DNA of 63,536 nt, the filler included, from Sphacelaria rigidula (taxonomy: Eukaryota): assembly GCA_964200075.2 (NCBI GenBank). It is 6 parts of 6 records of this genome, joined end to end, with 100 filler letters (N's around TTAATTAATTAA, not from the genome) between each part and the next. Parts side by side here need not be neighbours in the genome. Positions count along the whole stretch, not along the records: positions 53,034 to 63,536 come from CAXNAA020006376.1; 5 more parts are not named here. One strand, 5' to 3'. Positions 63,467-63,536 of this stretch are shown here, in pieces. Made by a program: the position numbers and the translations under genes. Position 1 is the first letter of the stretch; the number at the start of each line of letters is the position of its first letter. Below the pieces are notes generated by a model. That model saw only the letters and a program-made list of their open reading frames with translations, was not told where the DNA came from and searched no databases.

Positions 63467-63536
63467 TCCGTCTCGAAAGGGATGCGTGGTCAATGTTCAA
63501 ACGACTAAGGCAAGCAACAAATGAGTACGCCCCCCC
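63467..63536 (+). mobile_element. Truncated LINE 3' end
   Basis: ctccgtctcgaaagggatgcgtggtcaatg...atgagtacgcccccc, nearly identical to 39370-39440. Confidence 0.85.

Overview
This is eukaryotic, intron-rich and repeat-dense DNA. The splice style, TE content and gene types point to a brown alga or similar stramenopile (inference). The window is not one locus. Five identical 100-bp linkers (N44-TTAATTAATTAA-N44) join six contigs of decreasing length (10508, 10508, 10507, 10506, 10504, 10503 bp), so adjacency across linkers has no biological meaning. Host genes I can support are: the first two exons of a mitochondrial glycine-cleavage T protein (gcvT/AMT); eight in-phase exons of a Kp43/TagC-like S8 subtilase with an intact Asp/His/Ser triad; and three in-phase minus-strand exons of an unknown protein with a Tudor-like RTWPGMNKPGG...YNVKYLLGG module. 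The rest is mostly mobile DNA: a decayed Ty1/copia element with LTR-like flanks, a decayed LINE, a second gag remnant, three tRNA-derived SINE families, several MITE/foldback families, 44-bp palindromic tandem arrays and microsatellites. The most unusual signal is a LINE lineage whose 3' ends finish in C-runs rather than poly(A) and sit in C-rich target sites. No CRISPR/Cas, rRNA or intact tRNA was found.
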